A DNA stretch of 64,000 nucleotides from Meyerozyma guilliermondii (lineage: Eukaryota): NCBI GenBank assembly GCA_051546255.1, contig CP128817.1, positions 372,001-436,000 of the forward strand. Reading direction: 5' to 3'. Below the pieces are notes generated by a model. It was not told the DNA's origin and made no database searches. It worked only from the letters and a program-made list of their open reading frames with translations. The position numbers and the translations under genes are program-made. Below, in pieces: positions 59,573-64,000 of this stretch (its first letter is position 1; each line of letters begins with the position of its first letter).

Positions 59573-62500
59573 ATGGATGCTATCTTAGATTTCTCCAAGG
59601 AGCTTGACGTCTCCCTTTTTGATCTGGTGGTCAATGCCTTCTACTCAGGCTCCGGCGCCAATCAAAAAGAGGCTCAATTGGTCCTTAACCAGTTCCAGGA
59701 ACATCCCGAGTCTTGGAAGCGCTCAGACCAAATCCTTTCGAGCTCTTCCAACGCCCAATCGAAATACATTGCCTTGTCATGTTTGAACAAGCTCATTCAA
59801 TACCGGTGGAAATCGATTCCCGAAGATGAAAGAGTAGGAATTCGTAACTTCATCGTAAATATGATCATCTCTCTTTGCGATGATGAGCTGGTATTTGAGT
59901 CCCAAAGGGCCCTTATTAACAAGATTGACTTGACATTAGTTCTGGTGTTGAAACAAGAATGGCCCCATAACTGGCCCCAATTTATCCCGGAGATCGTCAA
60001 GAGCTCCACCTCGAGTTTTAATGTGTGTGAAAATAATATGATCATTCTCAAGTTGTTGAGTGAAGAAGTTTTTGATTTCAGTCAAGACCAACTCACGCAG
60101 GCGAAAGCCAAGTCGTTGAAACTTAGTATGAGAGATGAGTTTGAAGAAATCTTCAAGCTTTGCTATGAAGTTTTGGATAAAACTTCGAAGCCATCGTTGA
60201 TCATTGCTACTCTTAAAGCTTTACTCAAGTACATTCCTTGGATTCCAATGAATTACATTTTTCAGACTGATTTGTTAAAACTTTTAACTACTAGATATTT
60301 GGTTCCTGCTGACACTAGAACAGTCGCTATACAGTGTCTTACCGAAGTTTTCAGTTTGCATTCTCCTGAAAATGAAGAAAAATTTATCATCGCTTTTAAG
60401 GAAGCTATGGAACAGATATATGCAATTGTGCCTCCTGATACCAACCTAAAACAATCTTACAAGAATGCCAATACCAACGATCAATCGTTTTTACAAGATT
60501 TGGCGATGTTTCTTTGCACATTCCTCGGCAACCACTTACTACCCTTAGAAAGTAACGAGTCTTTGAGAGATTTGCTAATGAACTCTCTATTTTACCTAAT
60601 TGAATTGTCAAGGATTGAAGAAAGAGAATTATTCAAGACGTGTTTGGATTATTGGAGCTCGTTTGTTCAGTCATTATTCGAGGAAATTCAGGATTTGCCT
60701 CAAAATAGACTCAGTCCATTGATGCAACTACAATATCAAGGCAGTTTCCGCAGAGGTGCAGGCGGAGCTTTAGATCCGTCTGTTTTGGCTCAGATTCCTT
60801 TGAGACAACATATCTATGCTAACATTTTGTCAAAATTACGATTGGTGATTATTGAAAACATGGCCAGACCTGAAGAGGTGTTGGTTGTTACAAATGATGA
60901 AGGAGAAGTTGTGAGGGAATTTGTTAAAGAAAGTGACACCATTCAATTATACAAGTCTATGAGAGAAGTTTTAGTTTACTTGACTCATTTGAACGTATTA
61001 GATACCCAGACAATCATGAGTGACAAACTCGCAAGGCAGATAGATGAGCTGGAGTGGTCATGGGAAAACATCAACACTTTGTGTTGGGCTATAGGTTCCA
61101 TTTCAGGAACTATGAACGAGGACATGGAGAAGCAATTCCTTGTCAATGTAATCAAGGACTTACTCTCTCTTACAGAAATGAAGCGTGGTAAAGATAACAA
61201 AGCAGTGGTTGCCTCCAACATCATGTATATTGTGGGACAATATCCTCGGTTTTTGAAGGCTCACTGGAAGTTCCTCAAGACGGTCGTGAACAAGTTGTTC
61301 GAGTTCATGCACGAAACACACGAAGGAGTGCAAGACATGGCATGTGACACATTCATCAAGATCACTACTAAATGTAAGAAGCATTTCGTAGTGGTTCAGC
61401 CGCAAGAAACAGAGCCTTTCATCAATGAAATCATAACTAACATTCAACTGATCACAGAAGACTTGAATCCTCAACAAGTCCACACCTTTTACGAAGCTTG
61501 TGGTATCATTGTCAGCGCCCAAACACAAAAGGAGGCTCGTAACAAACTTCTCGGTGAATTGATGGCATTGCCCAACATGGCTTGGAATACGATCGTCCAA
61601 GATGCTGGGCATGATCCTCAACTCTTGACGAACAATGAACGAGTAAAGATCATTGCAAACATCATTAAGACAAACGTGTCGGTTTGTAAGGCATTAGGAC
61701 CTGGATTTTACTCTCAATTAGGCTTGATGTACGTGGACATGTTGTCATTGTACAAAGCCGTGAGCACCATGGTGTCTGACTCTGTGGCTAAAGATGGAAT
61801 AATAGCAACCAAAACGCCGAAGGTGAGAGGTTTAAGAACTATCAAGAAGGAAATTCTTAAAATGATTGAAACTTACATTAACCAAGCCGATAACTTGGAA
61901 GAGATAGTGAGAGATTTGGCACAGCCATTATTTGGCGCCGTTCTTGAAGACTACAATTCCAATGTTCCTGATGCTCGTGATGCCGAGGTATTGAACTGTA
62001 TGACTGCCTTGGTATCCAAGGTTGGCCATATGATTCCTGAAGGAGTTGTGCTTATTTTGCAAAACGTTTTTGAGTGTACACTCGATATGATCAAGACCAA
62101 CTTCATCGACTATCCTGAGCATCGGGTGGAGTTTATCAAGTTGCTTCGCGAAATCAACGCCAAGTCATTCCAGGCGTTGTTACAGCTTTCTGGAGATGCA
62201 TTCCAATCACTTATCAATGCCGCATTATGGGCGATCAAACATAATAGCCGTGAGGTGGAAGACAACGGTTTGACCCTCACCCTCGAACTTATTGAAAACG
62301 TGGAGAAATTGGGAGATACTGCGTTCACTAAAGCTTTTTATGAGAACTTTTACTTTCAAATCTTATCTGATACCTTTTATGTTATCACGCAACCAGATCA
62401 TAAAGCTGGCTTCAGAATCCAATCACAGTTGTTGGCGCAATTGGTGCACCTTGTCGAAGACAATGTGATCAAGTATCCGTTGTACTCGCCTGACCAAGCA

Positions 62501-62818
62501 GCAGAAGGAACAGCTAATTCAGACTTTTTGAAACAATACCTCGCCCAATTACTTTCGTCGGCATTCGATAATTTGAAGCAAGAACAATTAGTCACTTTCT
62601 TGAATGTGTTGACTTCGTCTTATAAGGACTTGAACAAATTCAAGGGAACTTTGCGGGATTTCTTGATCCAAATCAAAGAGGTTGGTGGAGATCCTACCGA
62701 TTACTTGTTCGCTGAGGACAAGGAGCTCGAGAAGAAGGAGCAAATTAGAATACAGAGAGAGAAAGACTTACAAGTTGGTGGACTTGTCAAGCCGTCAGAG
62801 ATGGACGACGATATTTAG
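59573..62818 (+). CDS. CRM1: Exportin-1
   Basis: [39 protein letters not shown] and [12 protein letters not shown]. Confidence 0.98.
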   Translation: MDAILDFSKELDVSLFDLVVNAFYSGSGANQKEAQLVLNQFQEHPESWKRSDQILSSSSNAQSKYIALSCLNKLIQYRWKSIPEDERVGIRNFIVNMIISLCDDELVFESQRALINKIDLTLVLVLKQEWPHNWPQFIPEIVKSSTSSFNVCENNMIILKLLSEEVFDFSQDQLTQAKAKSLKLSMRDEFEEIFKLCYEVLDKTSKPSLIIATLKALLKYIPWIPMNYIFQTDLLKLLTTRYLVPADTRTVAIQCLTEVFSLHSPENEEKFIIAFKEAMEQIYAIVPPDTNLKQSYKNANTNDQSFLQDLAMFLCTFLGNHLLPLESNESLRDLLMNSLFYLIELSRIEERELFKTCLDYWSSFVQSLFEEIQDLPQNRLSPLMQLQYQGSFRRGAGGALDPSVLAQIPLRQHIYANILSKLRLVIIENMARPEEVLVVTNDEGEVVREFVKESDTIQLYKSMREVLVYLTHLNVLDTQTIMSDKLARQIDELEWSWENINTLCWAIGSISGTMNEDMEKQFLVNVIKDLLSLTEMKRGKDNKAVVASNIMYIVGQYPRFLKAHWKFLKTVVNKLFEFMHETHEGVQDMACDTFIKITTKCKKHFVVVQPQETEPFINEIITNIQLITEDLNPQQVHTFYEACGIIVSAQTQKEARNKLLGELMALPNMAWNTIVQDAGHDPQLLTNNERVKIIANIIKTNVSVCKALGPGFYSQLGLMYVDMLSLYKAVSTMVSDSVAKDGIIATKTPKVRGLRTIKKEILKMIETYINQADNLEEIVRDLAQPLFGAVLEDYNSNVPDARDAEVLNCMTALVSKVGHMIPEGVVLILQNVFECTLDMIKTNFIDYPEHRVEFIKLLREINAKSFQALLQLSGDAFQSLINAALWAIKHNSREVEDNGLTLTLELIENVEKLGDTAFTKAFYENFYFQILSDTFYVITQPDHKAGFRIQSQLLAQLVHLVEDNVIKYPLYSPDQAAEGTANSDFLKQYLAQLLSSAFDNLKQEQLVTFLNVLTSSYKDLNKFKGTLRDFLIQIKEVGGDPTDYLFAEDKELEKKEQIRIQREKDLQVGGLVKPSEMDDDI

Positions 62819-62986
62819 ACAAGACGAAAAACAAGCGCGTATATAAGAATTGTTCTAGTATTTAATAAAGTGCATAAACTACAGGCATAAAGTCAAAAGC
62901 AAAATATGTGGAGCTAATGTTGTGCCGGTCGTGCATTTACCGCCATACATTTTTTTCGATTTGAATCTGAGTTACAACAAGTAAAT

Positions 62987-63601
62987 ATGTCTGCTGAACC
63001 CAAAGAAACCAAGACGGAATCCACCCCAGCAGAGCCCACTCCCCCCACATCCAACGTTTTCTCGATCTTCGGAGGTAAAAAGGAAAAGAAACCCGAAGCT
63101 GAAGACGAAAAGGACACCGAAAAAGAGGAAAGTGGCGATAAAAAAGATAGCGAAGACACCGAAAAAGCCGACGAAGAAGAGGCAGATGTTCATTTCGAGC
63201 CTTTGGTCCAATTAGAAAAGGTGGAAGTGAAGACCAATGAGGAAGATGAGGAGGTTTTATACAAAGTTAGAGCCAAATTGTTCAGATTTCATGGCGATAG
63301 CAAGGAATGGAAGGAAAGAGGAACTGGTGACGTCAAGTTTTTGAAGCACAAGACCAACGGCAAGGTGCGGATTTTGATGAGAAGAGACAAGACATTGAAG
63401 ATTTGTGCTAACCATCTCATTTCCAAAGAATACGAATTGAAACCTAACATTGGATCTGACAGATCTTGGGTATATTCCGTAACCGCCGATGTGTCTGAAG
63501 GTGAACCAGAAGCGCAAACATTGGCCATCAGATTCGGAAACAAAGAGAATGCTGACAAGTTCAAAGAGTACTTTGACGAGGCTAAAAAAGCAGCTTCGTA
63601 G
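62987..63601 (+). CDS. YRB1: Ran-binding protein 1 (RanBP1)
   Basis: [22 protein letters not shown] and [13 protein letters not shown]an-binding domain. Confidence 0.97.
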   Translation: MSAEPKETKTESTPAEPTPPTSNVFSIFGGKKEKKPEAEDEKDTEKEESGDKKDSEDTEKADEEEADVHFEPLVQLEKVEVKTNEEDEEVLYKVRAKLFRFHGDSKEWKERGTGDVKFLKHKTNGKVRILMRRDKTLKICANHLISKEYELKPNIGSDRSWVYSVTADVSEGEPEAQTLAIRFGNKENADKFKEYFDEAKKAAS

Positions 63602-63619
63602 GCTTGTCACGAGACCATC

Positions 63620-63638
63620 CACGTGATCCCACGTGGGG
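63620..63638. promoter_or_regulatory. Two Pho4-type CACGTG sites
   Basis: CACGTG at 63620-63625 and CACGTGGGG at 63630-63638, directly upstream of an SPX-domain gene. Confidence 0.75.
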
Positions 63639-63697
63639 AATTTTCAGCTATAATATATCAATCTTAAACCTCTAATTCGCATTGTAGACCCTATCTG

Positions 63698-64000
63698 ATG
63701 AAGTTTGGAAAGTATCTTGCCTCCCGACAGCTCGAGCTTCCAGAGTACTCGGGCCATTTCATCGACTATAAGGCTCTCAAGAAGCTCATCAAGAAACTCG
63801 CTACACCGTCCAGTCCTGATGGAATCACTCCAGTCACCACGGTTTCTCCGGTAGAGGCGCAAAACACGTTGAAAGAAAATAGGGCGTCCTTCTTCTTTCG
63901 TGTTGAACGTGAGCTTGAGAAAGTCAATTCCTTTTATTTAGAAAAACAAGCTAATCTTGAAGTCAATTTGGAACTTTTACTAAACAAAAATCGGGAACTT
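63698..64000 (+). CDS. PHO81: SPX-domain CDK inhibitor Pho81, 3'-partial
   Basis: MKFGKYLASRQLELPEYSGHFIDYKALKKLIKKL...FFFRVERELEKVNSFY; open to the window end and missing from the ORF track. Confidence 0.85.
   Translation, partial: MKFGKYLASRQLELPEYSGHFIDYKALKKLIKKLATPSSPDGITPVTTVSPVEAQNTLKENRASFFFRVERELEKVNSFYLEKQANLEVNLELLLNKNREL

Noticed and set aside
1..64000. CRISPR arrays, transposons/LTRs, tRNA or rRNA genes
   Set aside because: No repeat-spacer structure, no gag/pol/transposase ORF, no LTR pair and no tRNA A/B-box cloverleaf recognised by eye; all tandem repeats are coding or very short.

Overview
A gene-dense, almost intron-free stretch of a budding-yeast nuclear chromosome. It belongs to the CUG-Ser (CTG) clade: CTG codons fall at conserved Ser positions, so the supplied translations wrongly show Leu there. 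Meyerozyma/Debaryomycetaceae is plausible, but the species cannot be proven from this window. About 40 protein genes are present, in order: YPP1 (partial), TMA22, a Dsf2/Nif1-like gene, a Zn2Cys6 factor, an uncharacterised mitochondrial P-loop protein, HUL5, a second Zn2Cys6 factor, a 3'-truncated PHO13 paralog, two orphan ORFs flanking POP7, RLP24, PAM18, YAP180x, CRH1-like, YCH1, PCT1, MMM1, a tandem RBT1-like + HWP1-like adhesin pair, APL6, RAD2, OCA2, GLO2, SGT1, RRP15, KAR3, a PPR protein, TAZ1, NOP7, GTF1, SRB5, VMA21 (48-nt intron), VOA1, ERG24, MSA1-like, RPL3, cytosolic MDH, CRM1, YRB1 and PHO81 (partial). I found no tRNA, rRNA, transposon or CRISPR array. The most interesting signals are: a structured 5'-UTR intron with alternative 3' splice sites upstream of CRM1; the adhesin pair at the APL6/RAD2 locus; the PHO13 truncation at a direct-repeat scar; a mitochondrial P-loop protein with a non-acidic Walker B; in-frame upstream ATGs that could dual-target glyoxalase II; and a 10-bp minisatellite forming a step-type heat-shock element before SGT1. 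Gene identities come from recalled family motifs, not from database searches.
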